Shown: positions 20,288 through 29,927 of the stretch, piece after piece
Layout of the letters: every line of letters begins with the position of its first letter
How positions within the stretch are numbered: position 1 is the first letter of the stretch
Assembly: GCA_038734945.1 (NCBI GenBank)
Contig: JAVYOA010000002.1
Location: 310,001 to 374,000 of the forward strand
DNA from: Fervidicoccaceae archaeon
GTDB lineage: Archaea; Thermoproteota; Thermoprotei_A; Sulfolobales; Fervidicoccaceae
Reading direction: 5' to 3'
Length of the DNA stretch: 64,000 nucleotides
Notes under the pieces: model-generated
The model's input: only the letters and a program-made list of their open reading frames with translations
Databases searched by the model: none
What the model was told of the DNA's origin: nothing
Position numbers and translations under genes: made by a program

Positions 20288-20752
20288 TCATTTGAACCAG
20301 GTCCCTAGTGCAGCAACAAGTAGGCTTCCGCTTTTCCCATAGATCCTCACTTCAGTTACTATTGTAGTTTTTCCACTCTTCAAGACCTCTCCAATTACCT
20401 TGAAGGGAGATTCATCCTCAGTGAGTGGCCTGAGATAGTTTATTTTTAGCTCAAGTGTTACTTGATTCTCTCCTCTATGCGAGGTCCATGAAGCAACAGA
20501 TCCTATTTGATCCACAGCAGCTGCAATAATGCCTCCATGAATTGTTCCATTTGGATTGACAAATTGCTTCAGAAAGGGAAAGGTTCCTACTGCTCTCCCA
20601 TTGCCTATTTCCGCCAGCTTCAGTTCAAGAAGAGAATATATTGGGTTGAAGCGCCTTAGAGATATGTCCAAAGCCTCCTCAAGACTTTTCCCCTCTTTAA
20701 TCAGATCTTCGAGCATGTTCCTTATATCGGTATACATTCCCAAAATTATCAC
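20288..20752 (-). CDS. PaaI family hot-dog thioesterase
   Basis: NPNGTIHGG....D, VTLELKINYLRP. Confidence 0.9.
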   Translation of the reverse strand: MIILGMYTDIRNMLEDLIKEGKSLEEALDISLRRFNPIYSLLELKLAEIGNGRAVGTFPFLKQFVNPNGTIHGGIIAAAVDQIGSVASWTSHRGENQVTLELKINYLRPLTEDESPFKVIGEVLKSGKTTIVTEVRIYGKSGSLLVAALGTWFK

Positions 20753-20972
20753 CTTTTCTCGTGGATAATTGCTTTGAATTTTATATTTTTTTCAGATGGA
20801 GAACTGAAATCCTCTCCGCTATAAAGGACAAGGCCTTTGGTTTGGTAACTTACTGTGATATAATTAAAGGGATTCTGACTTATTTCTCTGTTATTCATTC
20901 ACATTTTTGGTATTGAAGACAGTAAAAATATATATATTAAACATTACTAAATGAAAAACCTAGGTGGACATT

Positions 20973-22781
20973 TTGTTCGGAAATTGGGGGAAGTTCATTA
21001 GAGTTGACATGGCAACAGGAAACATTAAAGTGGAGTCGTGGGGCGAAGAAGTAGCGAAGAAGTGGTTAGGAAGCAGAGGTCTTGGCATCTATCTCATGCT
21101 GAAGGAGGTTGATCCCAAGACCGATCCACTTTCTCCGCAGAACAAGCTCATAATAGCGGCTGGACCTCTAACTGGAACTTCTGCCCCAACGGCTGCCAGA
21201 TACAATGTCATAACAAAGAGCCCCCTCACTGGATACATAACCTTCTCCAATTCTGGAGGATATTGGGGAGCTGAGCTAAAGAGAGCGGGCTATGATGCTG
21301 TAATCATTGAAAATTCTTCCGAGACTCCCAAGTATCTGTTCATAAAGGATGAACATATTGAGCTGAGGGATGCTTCAAAGCTGTGGGGCCTCAAGATGTC
21401 TGAGACCGAGGCGGAGCTCAAGAAGACACACAATGACCAGAACTTGAAGGTTCTTGGAATAGGCCCAGCTGGAGAGAAGCTCGTCAAATTTTCATCGATC
21501 ATGAATGATATTCACAGAGCGGCTGGAAGAGGAGGAGTAGGGGCAGTAATGGGATCCAAAAAGCTTAAGGCCATAGCTGTTAGGGGATCCAAGAACGTTC
21601 CTCTGGCAGATCACGAGAAGTTCATGCTAGAGGTAAGAGAGAAGGTTAACAAGATAAGGAGTGATCCCGTGGGAGGAGGCGGACTGCCGAAGTACGGGAC
21701 TGCCGTCCTTGTTAACATAATAAACGAAAACGGGCTGTATCCGTACAAGAACTTCCAGTATTTGCAGTTCGAACACGCCTATGAGCAAAGCGGGGAGGCA
21801 ATGGTTAAAAAGTACCTCGTGAGAAATAAGCCTTGCTTTGCCTGTCCTATTGGATGTGGAAGGGTGAATAAGCTTCCCACCATCGGCGAAACAGAAGGGC
21901 CAGAATATGAAAGCACATGGGCTCTTGGATCAAATATGGGAATAAACGACTTGGCAGCAATAATTGAGGCAAATCATATGGCTGATGAATATGGATTCGA
22001 CACGATCTCGCTCGGAGGCACACTGGCAACAGCAATGGAGCTCTATGAGAAGAAGCTCATAAAGGACGAGGATCTTGGAGATTTCCCGCCACCAAGATTT
22101 GGGAATACCGAGGTTCTTCACTACTACATAGAGAAAATTGCCAAAAGGGAGGGCTTCGGAGATAAGCTGGCTGAAGGAGGATACAGACTTGCTAAGATGT
22201 ACAATGGAGAGTACTACTTCATGGGAGTTAAGAAGATGGAGCTCCCAGCATATGACCCGAGAGGTGCTGAAGGGCATGGATTAGGATATGCAACGAATAA
22301 CAGAGGAGGATGCCATATAAAGAACTACATGATAAGCCCTGAGATATTGGGATATCCAAAGAAAATGGATCCACATGACATAAGCGATGAGAAGGTAAAA
22401 ATGCTCATAACATTCCAAGATCTGACTGCCGTTATAGATGCTGCTGGACTGTGTCTATTCTCAACCTTCGGACTCTGGGCAGATGATTATAGAGATCTGC
22501 TGAATGCAGCTCTTGGCTGGAACTACTCTACAGAGGACTACCTCAAGATAGGAGAGAGAATTTGGAATGCAGAGAGGCTATTCAACCTTAGAGCGGGAAT
22601 GAAGCCTCAGGAGGAGGACACCCTTCCAAAGAGATTCCTCGAGGAGCCAGCACCAAACGGGCCAAATAAGGGGAGGGTTGTCAGGCTCAAGGAGATGCTT
22701 CCAAGATACTATGCATTGAGAGGATGGACGCAGGAAGGGTTGATTCCAGAAGATAAGCTCAAGGAGCTGGAGTTGCTCTAA
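20973..22781 (+). CDS. aor: Tungsten-containing aldehyde:ferredoxin oxidoreductase
   Basis: GPLTGT, KSPLTG, IGPAGE, RAAGRGG.GAVMGSK, C..CPIGC, EGPEYE, D.IS.G, YDPR, RGGCH, D..GLC.F; TTG start after AGGTGG RBS. Confidence 0.96.
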   Translation: MFGNWGKFIRVDMATGNIKVESWGEEVAKKWLGSRGLGIYLMLKEVDPKTDPLSPQNKLIIAAGPLTGTSAPTAARYNVITKSPLTGYITFSNSGGYWGAELKRAGYDAVIIENSSETPKYLFIKDEHIELRDASKLWGLKMSETEAELKKTHNDQNLKVLGIGPAGEKLVKFSSIMNDIHRAAGRGGVGAVMGSKKLKAIAVRGSKNVPLADHEKFMLEVREKVNKIRSDPVGGGGLPKYGTAVLVNIINENGLYPYKNFQYLQFEHAYEQSGEAMVKKYLVRNKPCFACPIGCGRVNKLPTIGETEGPEYESTWALGSNMGINDLAAIIEANHMADEYGFDTISLGGTLATAMELYEKKLIKDEDLGDFPPPRFGNTEVLHYYIEKIAKREGFGDKLAEGGYRLAKMYNGEYYFMGVKKMELPAYDPRGAEGHGLGYATNNRGGCHIKNYMISPEILGYPKKMDPHDISDEKVKMLITFQDLTAVIDAAGLCLFSTFGLWADDYRDLLNAALGWNYSTEDYLKIGERIWNAERLFNLRAGMKPQEEDTLPKRFLEEPAPNGPNKGRVVRLKEMLPRYYALRGWTQEGLIPEDKLKELELL

Positions 22782-22789
22782 TCTCAATC

Positions 22790-22797
22790 CTTTTTTT
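22790..22797 (+). terminator. Oligo-T archaeal terminator after aor
   Basis: T run directly after the aor stop codon. Confidence 0.4.
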
Positions 22798-22912
22798 AAA
22801 ACTCTTTTCATTTCTCATAATTTTCTGTTGTCCTTTTTTAATTGGCTGAGGATGATAAATACATATAATTTAAATTTCATTGAAAATATGGATCTTTCTT
22901 GATTTACGGAAA

Positions 22913-24043
22913 ATGGAGGCATCGAAATTGTCCAACGGAGAACAAGAATACAGATTCAAGATGTATGGCGGAGACGCTATAGTGAAAGGAGAGCTGGACT
23001 TGAAGCTTCTGTATATTGAGCCGACGACCAGATGCAATCTCTCCTGCAAGATCTGCTTCAAGCAGCACTGGTTCGATAAAGAGGGAGATATGGATTGGAA
23101 TCTCTTCAAAAAGCTGATTGAGGAAAGTGCGGATTTTCCAAAGCTGAGAACAGTTATTTTTGGGGGAATTGGCGAACCGACGGTTCACCCAAGAATAGCT
23201 GATATGGTCTCAGAGGCAAAGAAGAGAGGATTGAAAGTTGCCATCACTACTAATGGACTGTTCTTGAGCACGAGCTCACTTTTGAACCTAGTATCAAGGG
23301 GGATTGACTCCATATACTTCTCGGTTGATGCCCTTCCATCTTCATGGAATCCCATGCAGCATGTCGGCTCCAAAGTAGTTCTTGATAGGATTAGAGCTCT
23401 GGACAAATGGAGAACAGAGAATTCGAAGAATTTACATATAGGGGCTCAGATCGTTGTCACAAAGCTAAACTATATGGATATACCATCCATGGTTAACCTT
23501 CTAAGAAGCATGAATGTGAATGAAATAATTGTATCCAACATATTGCCGACCTCAAAGGAGCATGTAGAGCTGATTGTCTATGATGGTTCCCACGATATGA
23601 AAAAGATTGAGGAGGAGCTTTCTCTTCTTGCATCTAGAGGAGCAAGGATTAGAATGCCGTACTTTCAGCTAAAGACGGAAAGGAGGTGCCTTTTTGATGA
23701 GAACAACGCAACAGTTGTGAGGTGGGATGGAGAAGTCTCCCCATGCTATAGATTTCTCCACAGCTATAAGGAATACATATTTGGAAGGGAAAAGAAAGTG
23801 GAGATGGTCTCCTTCGGCAATATAAGGGAAAAGAGCCTCAAGGAGATCTGGCTGAGCAGAGACTATGTAAGGTTCAGATTTGTGACCAGAAACTATTTCT
23901 ATCCTTCTTGCACTGATTGCAGCCTCAGGGATTCCTGCGACTTTGTCAAATCGAGCAATCTTGATTGCTGGGGAAACTCACCATCATGTGCGGACTGTCT
24001 TTGGGCGAGGAACCTAGTTCACTGTCCAGTTCCCCAAATCTGA
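22913..24043 (+). CDS. Tungsten-cofactor oxidoreductase radical SAM/SPASM maturase
   Basis: CNLSCKIC (CxxxCxxC), FGGIGEP, C-terminal SPASM Cys array (PCYRFLH, YPSCTDC, DCWGN.PSCADC); next to aor. Confidence 0.88.
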   Translation: MEASKLSNGEQEYRFKMYGGDAIVKGELDLKLLYIEPTTRCNLSCKICFKQHWFDKEGDMDWNLFKKLIEESADFPKLRTVIFGGIGEPTVHPRIADMVSEAKKRGLKVAITTNGLFLSTSSLLNLVSRGIDSIYFSVDALPSSWNPMQHVGSKVVLDRIRALDKWRTENSKNLHIGAQIVVTKLNYMDIPSMVNLLRSMNVNEIIVSNILPTSKEHVELIVYDGSHDMKKIEEELSLLASRGARIRMPYFQLKTERRCLFDENNATVVRWDGEVSPCYRFLHSYKEYIFGREKKVEMVSFGNIREKSLKEIWLSRDYVRFRFVTRNYFYPSCTDCSLRDSCDFVKSSNLDCWGNSPSCADCLWARNLVHCPVPQI

Positions 24044-24304
24044 TCTCCTTCCTTTGAAGTTGCGAGGAGTTTCTGAGAAGTTTAGAGCTGCATTCCAGGC
24101 TGGAGCTTGTTTAAGCTATGAGCACGTCTTGAAAGCTTTGCTCCCTCTTTATACAGCATATAGTTCTGGGATATGCTAATTTCCATAGCCCCTATTCGCT
24201 ATCTCTGTAGTAAAGAAGAGGCTTCCAGCTGTAATTTTCTTCAGCTAGATATTTTCTTATTATTGAGACAAATCCTAGAGCATATCTAGGTTCTTGAAAA
24301 AAGA

Positions 24305-24496
24305 TCATTTTCCCCTTCTAGGCTTTACTTTGATGGTGAACTCAGAGACCTTTCCTCCCTTTCCTTCGCCTCTGTAGTAATTGAATATACCATTGCATTT
24401 TGGACACTGCATTCTTGCAACACTGTAGAACCTGAATTTCCAGCTCTTAAGCTGAGGAATTTCACCCTCATAGCCACAAAATGGGCACTTAACCAT
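24305..24496 (-). CDS. Small basic Zn-ribbon protein (63 aa), possibly Cren7-like
   Basis: MVKCPFCG...KSW...CPKCNG.F; GGTG RBS before ATG 24496. Confidence 0.7.
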   Translation of the reverse strand: MVKCPFCGYEGEIPQLKSWKFRFYSVARMQCPKCNGIFNYYRGEGKGGKVSEFTIKVKPRRGK

Positions 24497-24664
24497 GAAT
24501 AGGTGCACCTTTCTATTATGTAATGATGCATCATAATAAATATACTTTCCTCCTTCAAACAGTTCTCTCTGCTCTAACCCTTTCAAGCTCAAAAGCATGT
24601 TTTTATTCAAAGTTTTTTATAGGAAAAATTGAGTAATTGATTTGTGCTTATTGAAGCAGACTAA

Positions 24665-25405
24665 TTGGTGAAAGAATTGAAAGTCCTGATTATATCAGAT
24701 ATTCACGGAAACTATGATGCGTTGCGTGCTGTTTTGGAAGACGCAGGAAGCTGGGATCAGCTATGGGTTCTTGGAGATCTCGTTGACTATGGACCAGAAC
24801 CGGAAAAAATAGTAGATGAGATCAGGGATATGAGGCCTGAAGTCCTGCTTAGGGGAAATCACGATCATGCTGCTGCCTATAATGTGGACTGTGGATGCGG
24901 TATAAGGACTCATGACATAAGCGTCTATACAAGAGAGCACATCACCAGAAAGCTGCTATCCGAGGACCAATTAGAATGGTTGAAGAATCTTGATCTGAAG
25001 ATTGAGCGCAGCTTCTCTGGAGGCAAAATTATTCTTGTTCACGGCAGTCCGAGAAGCCCCCTCTATGATTACATGCTCCCCTCTCTTCCAAAGAACATCT
25101 TAATGGAAATGATTGGCAGCATTGCAGATGAGCCTTCTAGAAGCCTTGTAATTTTTGGGCACACGCATTTAGGAACAAACATGCTCCTGAAAAATTCTGT
25201 CTTGTTGAACCCTGGAAGCGTAGGCCAGCCAAGAGATGGGGATCCAAGAGCCTCCTATGCTATATTTGACTTGGAATCTATGGATTTCAGGATAATAAGA
25301 GTTAAATACGAAGTGGAGAAAGTAGTTGGAAAGCTAAGAGAGCTTGTCAAGGATGGAGCAGTAATGAAAAAGCTATCCTCTATTTACATGAATGGTAGGG
25401 TCTAA
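24665..25405 (+). CDS. Calcineurin-like metallophosphoesterase
   Basis: SDIHGN, GDLVDYG, GNHD, HGSP, GHTH, NPGSVGQPRDGD. Confidence 0.92.
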   Translation: MVKELKVLIISDIHGNYDALRAVLEDAGSWDQLWVLGDLVDYGPEPEKIVDEIRDMRPEVLLRGNHDHAAAYNVDCGCGIRTHDISVYTREHITRKLLSEDQLEWLKNLDLKIERSFSGGKIILVHGSPRSPLYDYMLPSLPKNILMEMIGSIADEPSRSLVIFGHTHLGTNMLLKNSVLLNPGSVGQPRDGDPRASYAIFDLESMDFRIIRVKYEVEKVVGKLRELVKDGAVMKKLSSIYMNGRV

Positions 25406-25425
25406 TTGTAGTTAAAAAAAGATCT

Positions 25426-27285
25426 CTATGTTGTTCGATGCTTCTGCATGGAAGGATGGGCTATGCTTGTGCTGAACAGCCGAAGCTCCTTCTCAGTAGG
25501 AAAAATCTTTATTGTGATCCTTTTTCTGTCCGTCCTCAATATGCCTGTTCCAATCGGAAAGTTGGCGAGGAGCTCTGACTCAGCATCTGATAGCTTGTAG
25601 ATCTCCTTTATTAGATCTGTTCCTTGGGGCTCCTGCTTTAGAAGCAGGACTGTAGAGGATTGCTCCAATATTGCTCTTCCCTGTATCTTCAATGCAAGAT
25701 CCTCCGCCCTTTGAGTAATATATAGAAAAGCGATTCCGTGCTTTCTCCCCCTCCTAGCTATTCCTTCAAGGAGAGATGCTATGCTGGGAGTTTCCATGAG
25801 GAGCCATGCTTCATCTATGAATAGAACGCTCTTCTCTGCTCTGCTAAGAAGCTTGTTGTAAGTATATGGTGCTATCATTGCTGTTATCAAAAGCTTAATT
25901 CTCCTGCTCTTTATCCCCCTCATCCCAAAGATCACAGATCCTTTCAATTTGGGAGATGTTCCTTCGAAGACATTGGAGTCAGGTGGGATCCCTGCCCCCT
26001 GGAGATATCTGCGGATCTCTGGGCTCTCAGCTCTCTCTATGACCTCCATCAGATTTCCCGAGCTTCTTGCTCCCCTGAATAGCTCCTTTCTGAGGATCCC
26101 CTGAAGTCTCTCTGGAATTCCATATATTTCAGCTAGGATTTCGGATAGCTGTTCAATCTCTATTGCTCCTTCCTTCATCAGCTTTACAGGATCTAGACCG
26201 AGCTTCTGCGACTCCTGGATCTCCACTGCCTCGGCACCAAATACCTCAGCAATTCTAGAGTACTCGCTCTCTGGATCAATACCAACAATAGGGATAGTTG
26301 GATCCATGCTTCTGAGCCTGCTGAGATACAGCTTTGCTGCCATGCTCTTCCCTGATCCTGTGGTTCCCAATATCGCGAAGTTGTAATTGTGCTTGCTCCA
26401 GAGGTCAAGGAGAATTGGAGAGCCCGTTCCTGAAAAGCCAAGAAATACTCCTCCTGGGTCAAAAAGCTCCTCATCGATCAGTGGGAAAAGGGCTTTCATG
26501 CTCTCTCCGCTTGTATAGCTCCTCTCTGCACAGAGAAAGCCCAGACAGGTTTCAAAGTTGTAGAGCTCTTTCTGAATGGGGACGGCCTCAGCATCTAGGC
26601 CAAAGCCTCTGAGCAGTGCTCTGAGCCTCCTCTCTTTCTCGTTCAGGTCATCCATTCCTGGAGATGTAAGTATTAGAAGAAAGAAGAGTTCGATCAGAGA
26701 TGATCCTGACATTATACTTGAGGCCAGTTCCTCGAGAGCCATGGCTTCCCAAGTCTCTTCGGTTCCTCTTCCTCCATTTATTTTCCTTCTTCTTGCCATC
26801 TCTAAAAACGGCAGAGCTCTATCTTTTCCAATTTCTCTGAAGATCAGTGCTATCTCAGATGCTTCGCTGAGGAGAACATATGCAAAACCTTCAGGAAGGA
26901 GGGAAGAATATCTATAGACAGTGAGTACCCTGGCAAGCATTCCGTTTTCAAGAACCAATGTAAATGGGTTCCTCAGACCAATTGATCTAGGCCGATGAGG
27001 TGGCTCAACCTTTCTTGCATTGAAGTGAAGAACATGTGTTCCTGACTTCACCCTCAGATAGAACTCATTTCTAAAAACTGGAATGCTATAGCTCGAATAT
27101 GAAAATGTGTCCTCTATCCTTCTAACGAGGAGGACTCCTTGCTTTGCATTGCTCAATAGAGATGAAAACTCAGAGAGCGCTATGTCTCTTTCCTGAGATG
27201 GAAGAATTGCGAAGCTAACTCCTTGCAGCAAATACCAGTCATGTTCTCCTCCTTTTCTCCATTTTTTATTGAATTTGCCCAGCAT
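25426..27285 (-). CDS. VirB4-like (type IV secretion / TedB-CedB class) ATPase
   Basis: GVFLG..G.PI.LD, Walker A GTTGSGKS, IDPESEY, Walker B IDEAW, ARRGRK.G....TQ, G.G.L. Confidence 0.85.
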   Translation of the reverse strand: MLGKFNKKWRKGGEHDWYLLQGVSFAILPSQERDIALSEFSSLLSNAKQGVLLVRRIEDTFSYSSYSIPVFRNEFYLRVKSGTHVLHFNARKVEPPHRPRSIGLRNPFTLVLENGMLARVLTVYRYSSLLPEGFAYVLLSEASEIALIFREIGKDRALPFLEMARRRKINGGRGTEETWEAMALEELASSIMSGSSLIELFFLLILTSPGMDDLNEKERRLRALLRGFGLDAEAVPIQKELYNFETCLGFLCAERSYTSGESMKALFPLIDEELFDPGGVFLGFSGTGSPILLDLWSKHNYNFAILGTTGSGKSMAAKLYLSRLRSMDPTIPIVGIDPESEYSRIAEVFGAEAVEIQESQKLGLDPVKLMKEGAIEIEQLSEILAEIYGIPERLQGILRKELFRGARSSGNLMEVIERAESPEIRRYLQGAGIPPDSNVFEGTSPKLKGSVIFGMRGIKSRRIKLLITAMIAPYTYNKLLSRAEKSVLFIDEAWLLMETPSIASLLEGIARRGRKHGIAFLYITQRAEDLALKIQGRAILEQSSTVLLLKQEPQGTDLIKEIYKLSDAESELLANFPIGTGILRTDRKRITIKIFPTEKELRLFSTSIAHPSMQKHRTT

Positions 27286-27328
27286 TTGAAAGCCTCCAGG
27301 GTTTTTTAAAGCACCTCTTTTTTCAGGC

Positions 27329-29323
27329 TCAAAGCAGAAAGTCCCAGGAAGCGGAGGGCCTTTTTCTCTTGTGCCTCTCGACGCTATCGCCTTGCTCGAA
27401 TTCTTCTGCCATTAATTTTATGCTATTTCTCAAAGCTTCTTTTCCCCTTTTCAGTACTCCCTCTTTATCTTCAATAGCGCTGTTTCTAAGCTCTTTCCAG
27501 CTCATGCCAGAGGCTTCTTTTAAAAGATGCTCCATTTCATTTGACATATCCTGCTCATTTCCTGCCTCATTTAGTTCCTCCTGCTTTCTTGGAAAGCCAA
27601 CCTTTTGCTTCATCGAAGCAATTCTCTCTGTTTCACTATTTTCCTTCCTTTTCAGCATCATCGGTGAGAGAAGAAAAGAATCTGATTTTCTGCTCAATGC
27701 ATTCCAATCACTAGCATCGTTCTTTTTCGCTCTGCGCTCCTTTTCTCCATGGAGCATGAGTCTGGTGATCCCACTTCCCGGGGGCTCTGAGCTGTACCTC
27801 TCTCTCAAAACTTTGCTGTTGGCGGAACTTATTGCCTTTATGGATCCTCTGTAGAGGGATCCTCCAACGGATGCAATTTTCTCTCCAACAAACGATGCCA
27901 TTCCGCCTCCAAATGCTCCCAGGAGACTGGGGACTATTCCTACTATAATAGGATAGAGAATGGCAAAAGTCACTTCTTTTGCAGGGAGGAGGGAGTTCAG
28001 AACTACTAGGAATATAGAGGTGAGGGGACCTGCTAAAAGAAGACCTGCGAAGATCCCTAGAATATGCTTCACAGATGCTCTCAATGCTGGATGCAGGTAA
28101 GCAATGCTCAACAAGGGAGAGGAGGAGACAATTGTGAGGAGGAGAACATATCTAGCGTATATAACAGTGCTGGAAACTGTTAGGAGAAAAGCAAGCATGG
28201 AGCCGTAGTTTGCCGCGAATGGGATGGCATATCCTAGTATTACACTGAGAGCCAGCTGCCCTGCAATCCATGAGAACACCCATCCAATATCTATGCTGCT
28301 CACAAAATGAAGCGATATTGTATTAAGCATGCTTGCTGTGGCGTTATATACTGAGGGGGCAAGGAATGCTAATGCTACTGCTGCTGAAGCATCCTTTATC
28401 GAATCAATCAGAGCTGAGAAGAAGTTATCCTCTCTGAATGCTCTTGCTGCGATATCGAAGGATAGAAACAGGCCTAGAAATCCCATGGAGGCCTTCAGTA
28501 TATATTCATAGAGATCGTGGAGCTCTCCGCTCTCAGGCATTATGGGAGCTGCTGCCAGCTTTCCTAAATCTAGCACGGGGAAAATTATGCTGGCGAACTT
28601 GTAGAGAGGGCAGAGCAGGCTGAAGGGCCAGTCAAAGGGGCAATACTCACTGTTCTGAATCATTATTGTGAATTCATTGAAGCCCTTTTCTTTATTATCA
28701 GAGACGTTTGCAGTCACTGTATATGCTCTGCTCATTTCTGTTGAGTTGAGTGCCGGATAGGAGTGAGAAAAAAGAATTTCATTGGAATTGGCAACACCAG
28801 TGCTAAATGTTCCGTCGCCCCAATCCACAGAGACGGTATAGGGAGGAGATCCCCCGCTCCATCTGATGGTCAGGTTGAAGGTGAGCTGGTCTGGTGCTGT
28901 TAGAGAAGTTGATGATGGATAGACCTCGACTGCTATAGCTCCTCCTATGTTCCCTCCTGCAAGACTGAACGAGAAGTAGCCCAATCCTATGAAGAGGATG
29001 CTCGCTATTAGGCTCCAGTATCCTTCTCTTCTCCCGATTGCTATGTAAATGGAGGATGAAGCAAGCATAATTCCTGCTAGTACATAGAATATCCAGAGAT
29101 AGCTGGAGGAAGAGCTAGGTGCACCATAAATTGCCTCAATCACGCCCCATCCAAAAGATGCCACAAGGATTGAGGAGAGGCCAAAGACAATGTAGCGGGA
29201 GTAGTTCTCCTTTCCAAGAACTCCAAGCATGATGCCGAAAAGGAGGCTTCCCGCCCCTAGAGCCTCACCTATCCAAAGGGCATAATCGATGAGCTTCAGA
29301 AGCAACCCGTATGAGCTCTCCAT
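27329..29323 (-). CDS. VirB6/TrbL-like polytopic membrane protein with N-terminal pilin-like hairpins and a PKD/Ig domain
   Basis: 4 N-terminal hydrophobic segments, PKD signature GGSPPYTVSVDWGDG..SHSY...YTVT..VSD, ~7-8 TM core, charged C-terminal tail; directly upstream of VirB4. Confidence 0.65.
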   Translation of the reverse strand: MESSYGLLLKLIDYALWIGEALGAGSLLFGIMLGVLGKENYSRYIVFGLSSILVASFGWGVIEAIYGAPSSSSSYLWIFYVLAGIMLASSSIYIAIGRREGYWSLIASILFIGLGYFSFSLAGGNIGGAIAVEVYPSSTSLTAPDQLTFNLTIRWSGGSPPYTVSVDWGDGTFSTGVANSNEILFSHSYPALNSTEMSRAYTVTANVSDNKEKGFNEFTIMIQNSEYCPFDWPFSLLCPLYKFASIIFPVLDLGKLAAAPIMPESGELHDLYEYILKASMGFLGLFLSFDIAARAFREDNFFSALIDSIKDASAAVALAFLAPSVYNATASMLNTISLHFVSSIDIGWVFSWIAGQLALSVILGYAIPFAANYGSMLAFLLTVSSTVIYARYVLLLTIVSSSPLLSIAYLHPALRASVKHILGIFAGLLLAGPLTSIFLVVLNSLLPAKEVTFAILYPIIVGIVPSLLGAFGGGMASFVGEKIASVGGSLYRGSIKAISSANSKVLRERYSSEPPGSGITRLMLHGEKERRAKKNDASDWNALSRKSDSFLLSPMMLKRKENSETERIASMKQKVGFPRKQEELNEAGNEQDMSNEMEHLLKEASGMSWKELRNSAIEDKEGVLKRGKEALRNSIKLMAEEFEQGDSVERHKRKRPSASWDFLL

Positions 29324-29612
29324 GCTGACTTCACTCTGTTCAAATGTGCTTTACTGGAAGAACGATAAGCAGGCTTCTTCCTCTCGGGTTTTCTCTATCG
29401 ATAATTTTTCCTTCCTATCTGCCTTTACTGGAAATCTGCCTTTTCCCAATTTCTCAAAAGATGAATTCCGGGAGGCAAAATCATCAACGATGAGGGGGGA
29501 AAGCTGCTGAAGCGTAAAAGGAGAGATATAGCTATTCAAGGGGGATCTCCATTTATAGGAATTCCCTTAAAAAGTTCCTCCTCAAATCATCTTTTAAGGG
29601 ATCCTTTTTTGA

Positions 29613-29927
29613 TTGGGAATCCAAATGGAGTTCGAAGCAAGATACATAAAGTTCATCTGGGTCAGGAACATTTCTCTGCTGAATGAAAAGGCTATTGGAA
29701 TTCTCAGAATGAAGCATATAGTTAGCATATTCATGACAATAGTTCTTCTTTGGGGCGGGCATGGAGAAGGATTGACCTCTTCCTGCATGGGATTGAGCCT
29801 TCTAATTTTCACAGCTCTCTCTGCACTTCTCAGCAATGGAGCAATGAGCTTTGAATCCAAAATAATAGCGCTATTGTATTCCTTCATTGAGCTCCTTTTG
29901 AATATAGCTGGGAGGAGAGACAATTGA
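29613..29927 (+). CDS. Small 2-3 TM membrane protein, VirB3/PrgI-like
   Basis: ISLLNEKAIGILRMKHIV followed by hydrophobic helices; its stop overlaps the start of the next ORF (TTGA). Confidence 0.5.
   Translation: MGIQMEFEARYIKFIWVRNISLLNEKAIGILRMKHIVSIFMTIVLLWGGHGEGLTSSCMGLSLLIFTALSALLSNGAMSFESKIIALLYSFIELLLNIAGRRDN

Noticed and set aside
20844..20860. TrmB-family TGM-like operator (GGTAAC-N5-GTGATA) upstream of aor
   Set aside because: Only one half-site matches TATCAC-N5-GTGATA; could be chance in AT-rich DNA
29351..29539. 62-aa ORF upstream of the VirB6-like gene
   Set aside because: No motif or clear RBS; cannot be told apart from intergenic sequence
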